64,000 nt of DNA from a virus (Duplodnaviria > Caudoviricetes): the IMG/VR virus record IMGVR_UViG_3300024507_000285. One strand, 5' to 3'. The notes under the pieces are model-generated. The model was not told where the DNA came from and ran no database searches. It saw nothing but the letters and a program-made list of their open reading frames with translations. The position numbers and the translations under genes are program-made. This document shows, in pieces, positions 25,279 to 34,499 of the stretch (its first letter is position 1; each line of letters begins with the position of its first letter).

Positions 25279-28200
25279 GATGATCTCTTTTGTTTAGGAC
25301 CCTTACGAGTTTTCCATTTTTTATCAGTGGAACACCAATAGCGTCCATATCCTTCTTTTACTTCTTTCTTTTTAGGATAACCGTGTTTTATTTCTAGTTG
25401 ATAACCCTGTAATCCTTGTTTATCTAAAACCTTACTAATAAATTCTTCGGCTTCTTTCGCAGAAGAAAATTTATCACCTAAATTATATTTCCTCATTTCG
25501 CCATCGATCATTACATAGGCAATAGTAATAGGTTTGACTGGTTCTTCTGCCGCCTGTGCCGGACTTGCTAATAAATTAGCAGCAGCTAAAGCTGCGCCTG
25601 CCGTTTTACTTTTCCAACCTTCTTCAACGCTATCAATCATTGGATCAATACCGCGACTTCGGATTCCACCTTTTCTTCTTACTTTAGCAAGTTCTTCTAA
25701 GGCATGACGAATTTGTTCTACATTCATTTTAAGTTCGTCAAATTGTTTGGCCATGTTTTGCCATTCGTATGGACTAGCATTGTCTACTCTGCTAGCAAGA
25801 TCTTTAATTTGTCCAGCTGCTCTCATCATTCTATATTTTAACTTCGCTGGGTTGGCTTTGTCATGGCTATGAATCATAGGATTCATTGGTTCGGAAGGAT
25901 CCATTTCAATCGGTGCTTCAGATATGCTTTCTTGAATACCCATGCCCTTGCGTGTGAAATCCATTAATTTCATAATCCAATCTTTCCCTAATTTTTGAAC
26001 ATCAAAACCTTGAGACCATAATGCAAATTGCTGTTCTGGAGTAGCATTAGGATCTTTTAAAATGTTACGTAATTTAGTAAAACTCATTCCAGTTCCGCCA
26101 GTTTCGGCAGCTCTTGGTGTAACTTCTACATCAAATTTAACATGTTCAAATCCTGGATATTTAGGATTCTTCATCCTTTTAGATAAATGCTCCATCCATT
26201 TTTTAAATCCTTCATATCGATCTTCGCCAACCATAACAATGATATGATCGTATGGAGGAGGATTACTTGATGTTACTAATTCTTTTTCAATTTTTTTCAT
26301 AACTAATCCACCTTCTTGGATCAGCTGGAACATGGCCTTCTTTTCTGGATATAATTTTTGCCATGTTTGTAATTTAACAGAAGCTGGAATAGGATCGTCT
26401 GGTCCCACGGCACTACTAATATAAACATAAGGATCAGCATTTAACTGAGACGCTTTGTTTAAAACAAAATCTACAAGTTGTTGATGTCCAATGTGCCCAA
26501 CAAAACTTCCTGCGGTAACGACAGCAGTTTTGCCCGATCTTCCATCGCCTGTTGCTCCAGGAGGTCTTGCAGATTTAATTGCTGCGTTTTTTGCAGAAAT
26601 AATATCTTTTTGTTCTTGACTAGTAATTTTAACAGGACCATTCTTTGTGTTAAGAATAATGCCTTCATAATCTTTGCCTAACTTATCCTTTCCTATAATA
26701 TCTGGATGTTGGATGATAAATTTTGCTAGATATTCTTTGACAGGCTGCAATGCTTCGGTAGCTTCTTTTTTAAGATCTCTTTTACCGCTATTAACTAACG
26801 ATCGTAATGTTTCAAGATTTTCAATGGGAGGCAATGCCCCAGTTACATCTAAACTGCCGTTAGTAGTTAACGAGTTGTCAATGAACATTGTTGTTCCAAT
26901 GCGACCAATTTTTCTCAATGCAGAGATGTATTTGTCGCTATTTGGATGTTGTTCGCCAGTTGAGCTTTTTTCAGCAAACAATGGCACAAGTGCTAGAGTA
27001 ACACCTTCGGGCAACTTGTCATAATGTATGCCAACAAATTTTAATTTACCATCTTCTGTTTCAGTAGCAAATGGTAGATATAAAACTTCACAATGAATTT
27101 TTACATCATTGAGAGCGGTATTACCTAATTTTTGATCAACGTTAGCAATGACATGCATCATCTCGTCGTATAGATCATCAAATAACTTAGCCCTAGCTTT
27201 TACATCTGGAGCGGCTTGTCTTTCTTCAGCATGTTTGCTGAATGTACCAGGTTCAAACTTAGGACCACTACGACTAGTTTCCATATATGGTTTGCCAGAT
27301 TTATCTTTACCAAACCTAGCACCAAACCCGTCTACTTTAACGGTCATTGGAACATTGTGTAATTCAAATTTTCCTGTTGCTGAATTTTTTAATTCGTCTA
27401 ATAAATTTAAAAAATCAGAATCCTTCATTTTTTCTAAATGAACAATTCCTTTTCTTTTACTTTGTACTACTTCGGCTTCGTTAATACTTTCGGATACTTT
27501 GTAACTTGCTTTATAATCTTGACGCATTTGTTCAAGATTTTTATGAGGTGTAACGTTTAAAGTTTTTAATGCATAGTTAAGTGCTGTATTTTTTTCTAAG
27601 ATATCTCTTTCAGGATCGCCTTTATATAATCCTTGTGCGCCAGGAGCATATAGCTTATCAATAAATGCATCAATGACTTTTTCCTTTTCATCCTGAGGAA
27701 CAACAAGATTCATAATTTCTAATAATCCTGTAAAACTCCATGTCTTAGGAAGAAGTTTTTGTATTTCTGTTTCTTTAACTCTTTTACCAAATATGTTTTG
27801 GAAAATTTTTCCAATATTCTTTTCGTAACCACTTGCTGGCAACGCCCTCATAACAGGAAGACCGTCAATTTCTAAAGGCTGTCCGGCATCGTCTAATACT
27901 GGTTCATATTTAGGACGAAGGCCTCCGCCTTCTTTGCTACTAACAGCAAAAGAAAACATATTGTCTGTTGTTGGAACATCTTGTTCAACTCTAGCTTTAC
28001 CTCGGCCAACCATTTTTCTTAATAAAAAATCTTGGCTTGTTAATCGTGTAAATGATTGAATTAGATACTTGTGAAATACACCTTTGATACCTTGGCTTAA
28101 ATCTTCCCAGCTACTGCTATGACTAAATCCTGCCCAATCAGTGGGTTCGTCTTTTTCATAATCTACAAATTCAAGATCAATCTGTACCTTAATAGGAGGA

Positions 28201-28676
28201 TCAGTTAACTCCCACATTGTACTATATTGTTCGTTGCCTTTACTAAATCCAATTAATTTTCCATTGCCAACAACTTTACCTGTTGAGGATTGTAAAAATT
28301 GAACAAGTTCTCCTGCATATTCTTTATTAATTTGTGTATCTATATCGCCAACTTTAGGTTTAATACGTTCAAACTCGTCGTCGGGTAAGTCAGTATTAAA
28401 AAAATGTAAACTAGATCCGCTTAAGAATTTTTTACTTGCTAAAACTTTTTTATTCCAAAGTTCGTGACCAACTGATGCAGTAAAACTAGAATTAATTCCG
28501 TTTAATAATTTGTCTAATATTGGAACAATATAAGAACGCTTGTGAACTTTAAGATCAATTTGCTGAGCTTGATGGTCACCGGTATCTCCTTGCCAGCCAG
28601 GGCTTTGAGTCGAAAGGTTTCCACCTTCTATAAGAGGTAAATTATTTCTCTTGTAGAATAATTCTAAAAGTTTCAT
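25275..28676 (-). CDS. Multidomain protein: Pol-beta-like NTase + ATP-dependent ligase-like + HIGH-motif NTase + small C-terminal modules
   Basis: LSGSS/GDIDT/VQIDLEF; TVKVDG/HCEVL/YEGII/PVKIT; GHIGH/VGEDR/MSFTKLR. Confidence 0.75.
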   Translation of the reverse strand: MKLLELFYKRNNLPLIEGGNLSTQSPGWQGDTGDHQAQQIDLKVHKRSYIVPILDKLLNGINSSFTASVGHELWNKKVLASKKFLSGSSLHFFNTDLPDDEFERIKPKVGDIDTQINKEYAGELVQFLQSSTGKVVGNGKLIGFSKGNEQYSTMWELTDPPIKVQIDLEFVDYEKDEPTDWAGFSHSSSWEDLSQGIKGVFHKYLIQSFTRLTSQDFLLRKMVGRGKARVEQDVPTTDNMFSFAVSSKEGGGLRPKYEPVLDDAGQPLEIDGLPVMRALPASGYEKNIGKIFQNIFGKRVKETEIQKLLPKTWSFTGLLEIMNLVVPQDEKEKVIDAFIDKLYAPGAQGLYKGDPERDILEKNTALNYALKTLNVTPHKNLEQMRQDYKASYKVSESINEAEVVQSKRKGIVHLEKMKDSDFLNLLDELKNSATGKFELHNVPMTVKVDGFGARFGKDKSGKPYMETSRSGPKFEPGTFSKHAEERQAAPDVKARAKLFDDLYDEMMHVIANVDQKLGNTALNDVKIHCEVLYLPFATETEDGKLKFVGIHYDKLPEGVTLALVPLFAEKSSTGEQHPNSDKYISALRKIGRIGTTMFIDNSLTTNGSLDVTGALPPIENLETLRSLVNSGKRDLKKEATEALQPVKEYLAKFIIQHPDIIGKDKLGKDYEGIILNTKNGPVKITSQEQKDIISAKNAAIKSARPPGATGDGRSGKTAVVTAGSFVGHIGHQQLVDFVLNKASQLNADPYVYISSAVGPDDPIPASVKLQTWQKLYPEKKAMFQLIQEGGLVMKKIEKELVTSSNPPPYDHIIVMVGEDRYEGFKKWMEHLSKRMKNPKYPGFEHVKFDVEVTPRAAETGGTGMSFTKLRNILKDPNATPEQQFALWSQGFDVQKLGKDWIMKLMDFTRKGMGIQESISEAPIEMDPSEPMNPMIHSHDKANPAKLKYRMMRAAGQIKDLASRVDNASPYEWQNMAKQFDELKMNVEQIRHALEELAKVRRKGGIRSRGIDPMIDSVEEGWKSKTAGAALAAANLLASPAQAAEEPVKPITIAYVMIDGEMRKYNLGDKFSSAKEAEEFISKVLDKQGLQGYQLEIKHGYPKKKEVKEGYGRYWCSTDKKWKTRKGPKQKRSS

Positions 28677-29023
28677 TAGTCTTCCTGTTTATAGTCGCCG
28701 TTCTCGATATGCTTTTCTTGTTCAGTAGCAATCATTTTTGCTAGTTCAACAATTTTGCTTTCAGGAAACTTTTCATTGGCATCTTCAATATCAAACATTT
28801 CACAATAATTTTCTAAACAACTTCTTAAAGGTTTAATGTAAATTGTGAAAGCCTTTGGATGTCCTGCATGTTTTTCGTGGCGCTTTACCGCAGGAAAGAA
28901 ATATTTTGTTAATAATTCTGTATTATTATCAATATAAAATTTTAAATCGTCAATCCAATCAATGTCAGCTTGCTCGTCATCTTTTGGAGCTCCTATAGCC
29001 GACCACATTTCTTTTAATAACAT
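28676..29023 (-). CDS. Hypothetical helical protein
   Basis: 115 aa, MLLKEM N-terminus, TAATG coupling. Confidence 0.65.
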   Translation of the reverse strand: MLLKEMWSAIGAPKDDEQADIDWIDDLKFYIDNNTELLTKYFFPAVKRHEKHAGHPKAFTIYIKPLRSCLENYCEMFDIEDANEKFPESKIVELAKMIATEQEKHIENGDYKQED

Positions 29024-29424
29024 TATTTCTGCTCCGGTGGATTATATTCTACATGCTCTGCGGCAGAATTTAAATGATCATTGGCAAGGGTAATATAACT
29101 ACTAACCCATCCTGGTAATTCATCACCTTCTCGGATACTATTAAAAAGAATCTTGGCGTTTTTTGCAATTTGAACTAATTCTGCTTTAGCCATGCTTGCT
29201 TCGTGATCTGTGGATTCTCTTATCCCTTTAGATCTAGCTTCTTTTTCTAAGTCTAATTTACGTTGCTGTACTGCTTTTGCAAGATCAGGCTCTTTCATAA
29301 CAACAGGATCAGTTTCAAGATCGTGTAGGGCCTTCTTTTTAGCTTCGTAATCACCCTTAGGGTCTGCTGAATTTAATTCTGTTTCAAATAAAGAAACTTC
29401 AAGTTTAGTGATAATATCTTTCAT
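29023..29424 (-). CDS. Putative internal head protein (start MKDIITKLE)
   Basis: LFE|T and IRE|S junctions; late promoter upstream. Confidence 0.6.
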   Translation of the reverse strand: MKDIITKLEVSLFETELNSADPKGDYEAKKKALHDLETDPVVMKEPDLAKAVQQRKLDLEKEARSKGIRESTDHEASMAKAELVQIAKNAKILFNSIREGDELPGWVSSYITLANDHLNSAAEHVEYNPPEQK

Positions 29425-29449
29425 AGTATGGTTCCGTAAGGACATACTA

Positions 29450-29457
29450 TATTTATC
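29450..29457 (-). promoter_or_regulatory. Late-promoter-like GATAAATA heading the internal-protein block
   Basis: TAAATA core in intergenic gap. Confidence 0.55.
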
Positions 29458-29469
29458 TTATTTTAAATG

Positions 29470-29838
29470 TTAGAAGTTATAGTGAATTGACTGGATAGTA
29501 CCGTCTTCTAATACGTGACCGGCACGAATCCAGACGAAATTACCAGTAAAATTAACGCTTTGAGACACTACAGGGTTATCTGGATTTGTAATTAGCGTAC
29601 TATCGTCGCCTAATGTAGTTCCATCAATGTCAAACCAATCTGATTCGCTAGGATCTAATGCTAAAGACCCTTGCAATTTAATAGTTCCAACAAACGAATC
29701 AACTCTATAAACTGCTGTATGCAGCGAATTATTTAGGCTATGATACCCAGCACCGATACCCTTTTCAGTATATGTAAAATCTGGAGTTGCCGATTCAGTT
29801 GAATAATTTTCTAGTAAAACAATGATTTCAGTGGACAT
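29470..29838 (-). CDS. Hypothetical beta-rich (likely structural) protein
   Basis: 122 aa, GTIKLQGSL...WFDI...GNFVWIRA; late promoter. Confidence 0.6.
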   Translation of the reverse strand: MSTEIIVLLENYSTESATPDFTYTEKGIGAGYHSLNNSLHTAVYRVDSFVGTIKLQGSLALDPSESDWFDIDGTTLGDDSTLITNPDNPVVSQSVNFTGNFVWIRAGHVLEDGTIQSIHYNF

Positions 29839-29841
29839 CTC

Positions 29842-30528
29842 TTATTTAGCTAAAATTTGATAGTCGTAAACCCTACCCACAACTTCACCATTTCGCAATT
29901 GCATCATGAATAGAGTTTTTTCGTCCTCTACAAGTACGTATCGACGGTCCCAATTATAATCGGTCTTTATAAACCAACTTTTAACTGCGGTTGACATTCG
30001 TATCTTTTCCCCTTGAGTTTCAATCCAAGAAACAAAACTTTCTTTTGCTTCTTTATTTCCTTTTAACTTATGGGGAAGAAGATATACTTTGTAGTTATAT
30101 CTATTATGAGGTAATTTTTTAGCAAAAATCGAATTTGAATTTGTTTGTTCTTGTTCTTGCCCAGGAAATGGTTCAAATACATGTCTTACATAATCTTTAA
30201 ATTCTAAAGCAAGATTTTTACAAAATGTAGCATCGTTAGTGTATATGTCGATATATCTACTTTCAATTCTTTTAGTAAATTCAACATTTTTATTTTTTTC
30301 TAAAAATGTAACTAGTTCTAAGATTTGATCTTTGTTACTAAATGCTTGTTTTCTGCTGTCAAAATAATAATGTCGATCTTGTTCTTCTGGGTTTAAACAG
30401 AATTCTCTAATCTCATCATATGTTTTTGTGCGTAACAAAGATACCCCCTTGATCAAGACGGTAACTTTGTATAACCACTTATTGTAAAACTTTTGACCTG
30501 TATACTTTACATCATACGGTTTCTTCAT
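29842..30528 (-). CDS. Hypothetical protein with internal duplication
   Basis: FYNKWLYKV...RYIDIY and PHNRYNYKV...RYVLVEDE halves. Confidence 0.6.
   Translation of the reverse strand: MKKPYDVKYTGQKFYNKWLYKVTVLIKGVSLLRTKTYDEIREFCLNPEEQDRHYYFDSRKQAFSNKDQILELVTFLEKNKNVEFTKRIESRYIDIYTNDATFCKNLALEFKDYVRHVFEPFPGQEQEQTNSNSIFAKKLPHNRYNYKVYLLPHKLKGNKEAKESFVSWIETQGEKIRMSTAVKSWFIKTDYNWDRRYVLVEDEKTLFMMQLRNGEVVGRVYDYQILAK
29843..29850 (-). promoter_or_regulatory. Late-promoter-like GCTAAATA
   Basis: 4 nt before ATG at 29838. Confidence 0.45.
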
Positions 30529-32824
30529 TGGATTCCTCCAAGTTTAACCCTCGCTTCAATGCCTTTTTCTGTTCTTTGGTTAAAATAGGACTAATTTCAA
30601 ATTTTAGATCGTCATTCTCAATGCTAACATCAACTCGTCCGCCGTTTTGTAATTCTCCAAATAGGACTTTACGGCTCAAAGGAGATTTGAGTTTATTATC
30701 AATTAAACGAGCCAACGGTCTTGCGCCCATCTTTTTATCGTAACCTCTTTCAGCTAACCATTTAACTGATTCGGAATCAACAACAATCTCAATGCCTTTA
30801 TCTTTAAGTTGATCGTTAAGTTCTTTAACAAACTTTTTAACAATTTGACCAACGGTAACCATTGAAAGATTTGAAAACTTAATAATAGCATCTAAACGAT
30901 TACGGAACTCCGGAGCAAAGAATTTCTTAACTGCCTTGTCGTCCTCGTCGTCCTTGCTTAAGTCACCAAAACCTATGGTATTTTTTTCGTTGTCTGCTGC
31001 CCCTAAATTACTGGTCATAATTAAAATAGTGTTGCGACCGTCTGCTTGTTTTCCATTACTTCCAGTTACAAATCCGTTATCCATAAATTGTAACAAGATG
31101 TTTGACACATCGGGATGTGCTTTTTCAATTTCATCTAAAAGCAATACAGCATTTGGGTGTTCTTGTAGTTTGGTAATCAACTGACCTGCGTTATCTTCGT
31201 ATCCAACATAACCAGGAGGTGCACCAATTAATCGAGCAACGCTATGTTTTTCTTGATATTCACTCATATCAAAACGAATTAATTGCATACCCATTTTATC
31301 TGCTAACGCTCTTGCAGTTTCTGTTTTACCTGTACCAGTTGGACCTAAAAATAGAAAACTGCCAATGGGTTTATTAGGATTTTTCATACCTGCTTGAGAA
31401 ACAAAAATCTTATCAAGAAGATTATCAACTGCTGTATCTTGTCCATAAACAGATGCCTTCATGGAACCTTCTAGGTCAGATAAGTTCTTACTTTCTTTTT
31501 GTGCTACCATTTCTAGCGGCATATTAACCATTTTACTAAGTTCGTATGTAACCTGTTCAATATCTACCAGTTGTTCAATGCCTTCCATGCCGTCTTCGTC
31601 TTTTACTTTATAACGAGCACAAGCACAATCGATAATGTCAATTGCTTTGTCTGGTAATTTTTTATCAGACATATACTTCATAGAAAGTTTAACTGATTGC
31701 TCAATTGCACCGTCAGTAATTTTAACGTTGTGATGTTTTTCGTAGTATTTCTTAATACCTTTAATAATTTTAACTGCAAGTTCTGGCGTTGGCTCGTCAA
31801 CCGTAACACGTTGGAATCGACGCATTAGAGCACGATCTTTTTCAAAATGTTTACGATAATCTTCCCACGTAGTTGATGCTACAAGTTTAATAACACCTTT
31901 AGTAAGGATTGGCTTCAACATATTGGCCATATCATTTGAACTTTGATTAGCAGCACCGGCACCTTGCATCATGTGTGCTTCGTCAATGAATAAAATAATC
32001 TTGCCTTTCTTTTCTAAAGCACCTAACACAGCTTTTACACGTTCTTCAAAATCTCCACGATACTTACTACCAGCTAGCAATGCTGAAATATCTAAACTAT
32101 AGACCTGATGGTCTTGAATAAACTTAGGTACTTTCTTTTCAAAGATCTTGCGAGCAAGACCTTCTACAATAGCAGTCTTACCGACTCCGGGTTCACCTAC
32201 CAGTAAAACATTACATTTGTTTCTGCGAGCAAGAACAAGTTGTACCTTTTCAAGCTCGTCGTCTCTACCAATAACAGGATCAATTTTACGTTGTTTTGCT
32301 TGTAGGCTTAGGTTAGTACAAAAAGTATTAATAATTCGTTCCATCTGACTAGGGTTTGTAACTGCGGTTTCTTGGCTTGATTCTTCTTCATTATTAACCA
32401 TTTCTTGGAAATAATTAATAAATTTTTCTTTTGTTAAGCCGCCTTTGTTTAAAAAATAAAATGCAAAACTATTTTTTTCATTTAAGATGCTAACAATAAC
32501 ATCTGCAACTTCAATACGTTGACGCCCACTAAACAAAACTTGAGTAAAACATCTATTGAGCACACGTTCTACAGCATGAGTTTTTCTTGGTTTTTCGCAT
32601 TCTGGATTTTTAATATCGCTAAGATTATTTTTAATATAATGATCTAGATTTGTTTTAATAAAATTAGCATCAGCACCGAAGTCGGTGATCATCTTAAATG
32701 AATCAGCATCATCCATTATACCAAGAAGCAAATGTTCAATGGTAATATATTCGTGATCAAGGCTTTTTGCCATATTCATCGAATTTTCAAAAATTTGTTG
32801 TAGACTTTGACTTGGTTCAATCAT
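30512..32824 (-). CDS. clpA: ATP-dependent Clp protease ATP-binding subunit ClpA
   Basis: Clp N-domain (EHLLL), GEPGVGKT, FIDEAH, GPTGTGKT, LLDEIEKAH, IGF loop. Confidence 0.93.
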   Translation of the reverse strand: MIEPSQSLQQIFENSMNMAKSLDHEYITIEHLLLGIMDDADSFKMITDFGADANFIKTNLDHYIKNNLSDIKNPECEKPRKTHAVERVLNRCFTQVLFSGRQRIEVADVIVSILNEKNSFAFYFLNKGGLTKEKFINYFQEMVNNEEESSQETAVTNPSQMERIINTFCTNLSLQAKQRKIDPVIGRDDELEKVQLVLARRNKCNVLLVGEPGVGKTAIVEGLARKIFEKKVPKFIQDHQVYSLDISALLAGSKYRGDFEERVKAVLGALEKKGKIILFIDEAHMMQGAGAANQSSNDMANMLKPILTKGVIKLVASTTWEDYRKHFEKDRALMRRFQRVTVDEPTPELAVKIIKGIKKYYEKHHNVKITDGAIEQSVKLSMKYMSDKKLPDKAIDIIDCACARYKVKDEDGMEGIEQLVDIEQVTYELSKMVNMPLEMVAQKESKNLSDLEGSMKASVYGQDTAVDNLLDKIFVSQAGMKNPNKPIGSFLFLGPTGTGKTETARALADKMGMQLIRFDMSEYQEKHSVARLIGAPPGYVGYEDNAGQLITKLQEHPNAVLLLDEIEKAHPDVSNILLQFMDNGFVTGSNGKQADGRNTILIMTSNLGAADNEKNTIGFGDLSKDDEDDKAVKKFFAPEFRNRLDAIIKFSNLSMVTVGQIVKKFVKELNDQLKDKGIEIVVDSESVKWLAERGYDKKMGARPLARLIDNKLKSPLSRKVLFGELQNGGRVDVSIENDDLKFEISPILTKEQKKALKRGLNLEESNEETV

Positions 32825-33669
32825 TATTCGACTCCGTCTCTTAGTTGTTGTACTTTATGTATTTGATTAGCTGATAGGTTACGTGGAATATTGACATTAA
32901 TTTTAATTAATAACGGCCCACGTATTTTTGAACGCATATTTGGCAAACCTTCTCCTTTGCAACTTAGTATTGTATTTGATTGTGTTCCTGCTGGAACACT
33001 GACACTAATATTTTTTCCTGAGATAGTAGGAACATCTATTGTTGTTCCTAATATAGCATCCCAGACAGAAATATTATGTTCAAAGATTAAAGAATCGCCT
33101 TCTCTAATAAATGTTGGATGTTTTCGAATATAAAGATTAACAATCAAATCTCCTGCCGGGACATCTCGTAGGGTTGTGTCGCCCATACCTTCATATCGAA
33201 TTTGTTGGCCGTGATCTACGCCTGCAGGAATTGAAATATTAATTAATTTTCTTTGCCCGCCGGGTATAGTAATTTCAGCATTTAAATCTTTGCCTTTTAA
33301 AACTTCTTCTAAGGAAAGTTCTACGTTAATGTTAACAGATCTATTTCTTCGCATTGGCCTACGTCCAAATCCAAACTGCGAAAAAATATCGTCCATGCCC
33401 GGCATGCCGCCACCGAAGTGAAATTCAAATGGGCCTTGGTTGTAAAATCCGCCGCCCATTCCTGGTTGTGCATTAGGATCTCCGCCCATATCAATAATCC
33501 GTTTTTTATCAGGATCGCTTAATGCTTCGTAGGCAGTAGATATTTCTTTAAATTTATTTTGGTCACCTCCACGATCGGGATGATGCTTCATCGCAAGTTT
33601 GCGATAAGCCTTTTTAATCTCGTCGTCAGATGCACCTCTTTGTAAACCTAGTGTTGAGTAATAATCCAT
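32824..33669 (-). CDS. dnaJ: DnaJ/CbpA-like co-chaperone (no Zn finger; start MDYY)
   Basis: DYYSTLGL, HPD motif, G/F linker, C-terminal DnaJ domain. Confidence 0.88.
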   Translation of the reverse strand: MDYYSTLGLQRGASDDEIKKAYRKLAMKHHPDRGGDQNKFKEISTAYEALSDPDKKRIIDMGGDPNAQPGMGGGFYNQGPFEFHFGGGMPGMDDIFSQFGFGRRPMRRNRSVNINVELSLEEVLKGKDLNAEITIPGGQRKLINISIPAGVDHGQQIRYEGMGDTTLRDVPAGDLIVNLYIRKHPTFIREGDSLIFEHNISVWDAILGTTIDVPTISGKNISVSVPAGTQSNTILSCKGEGLPNMRSKIRGPLLIKINVNIPRNLSANQIHKVQQLRDGVE

Positions 33670-33675
33670 AATACT

Positions 33676-33704
33676 ATTATACAATAAAAAAAGGACCACG
33701 TCAA
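33676..33704 (-). promoter_or_regulatory. sigma70 promoter TTGACG-N17-TATAAT
   Basis: Hexamers at 33699-33704 and 33676-33681; ATG 6 nt downstream. Confidence 0.7.
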
Positions 33705-33715
33705 GTAGTCCTTTT
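33686..33715 (-). terminator. Intrinsic terminator ending the lysis operon
   Basis: GGACUAC-UUGAC-GUGGUCC followed by U7. Confidence 0.7.
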
Positions 33716-33742
33716 ATTTAATTAAGATTTACTGAGCTCAAA

Positions 33743-33949
33743 TTATTTTTTATCTGGCTTTGTTCCTTCAACCTTAGTTCCTTCTTTCTTTTCGTGTTTT
33801 TTCATAGTTTTGCATTTTTCAACTTCTTTACCTGTTTTGGCATCAGTAGTTTTAATACAAACCTTTTCTGCTTTTGCAGGAGCATCGGCTGCAAATGCAG
33901 GGGAAGAAACTGCTAATGCAAGACCTGCTACAAAAATAATGTGTTTCAT
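33743..33949 (-). CDS. Small secreted protein
   Basis: Sec signal (...SPAFA|AD), two Cys, Lys-rich. Confidence 0.7.
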   Translation of the reverse strand: MKHIIFVAGLALAVSSPAFAADAPAKAEKVCIKTTDAKTGKEVEKCKTMKKHEKKEGTKVEGTKPDKK

Positions 33950-33958
33950 ACTATCTCC

Positions 33959-34480
33959 TTAAATTTCTGGTTGATCAGGTTGAACCGGCATTGGTTTACC
34001 TGTACTGCTCATCATCGGTGCAGCTGGTGCCCCAAATGTTGCTGGCTTAGATACGCCTCCAAAGCTGCTTCCGCTAAAGCTACTTGGGGAGCTTGGTGCT
34101 CCGAAACCTGGCGTAGTCGCTGCTGGGAAACTGCTTGGTGCTGCCGTAGCAGGGCCAAATGTTGAAGGGTTACTTGTTGCCATTGGTTGTGCGCCACCAT
34201 TGTTTGCTCCATTTAGTTTTTCTTGTGTGCGACCAAATGCCGCGATACCTAATACTGCACCCATTGCGATATGGAATAAACCAGCACCTTGTAAGGTTAA
34301 TGGATTCCATTGTGTAATAGGACTATGTGTTAGAGTTTGTAACAAACTCCATAAGATTGGAAATACAACCATGTCCATCATGCAGACAACCATATACATC
34401 CAACCCATCATTGGACGCCATTTAGCATTCATCCAATCTTCTTTTTTCTTTTCACTTTCGCTCTTTACTTCTTCAGTCAT
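33959..34480 (-). CDS. Holin, 3TM/GTA-holin-like, with low-complexity tail
   Basis: WRPMMGW, hydrophobic helices, LGIAAFGRTQEK; in lysis cassette. Confidence 0.65.
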   Translation of the reverse strand: MTEEVKSESEKKKEDWMNAKWRPMMGWMYMVVCMMDMVVFPILWSLLQTLTHSPITQWNPLTLQGAGLFHIAMGAVLGIAAFGRTQEKLNGANNGGAQPMATSNPSTFGPATAAPSSFPAATTPGFGAPSSPSSFSGSSFGGVSKPATFGAPAAPMMSSTGKPMPVQPDQPEI

Positions 34481-34499
34481 TGTCCGCTCCTAATTTATT

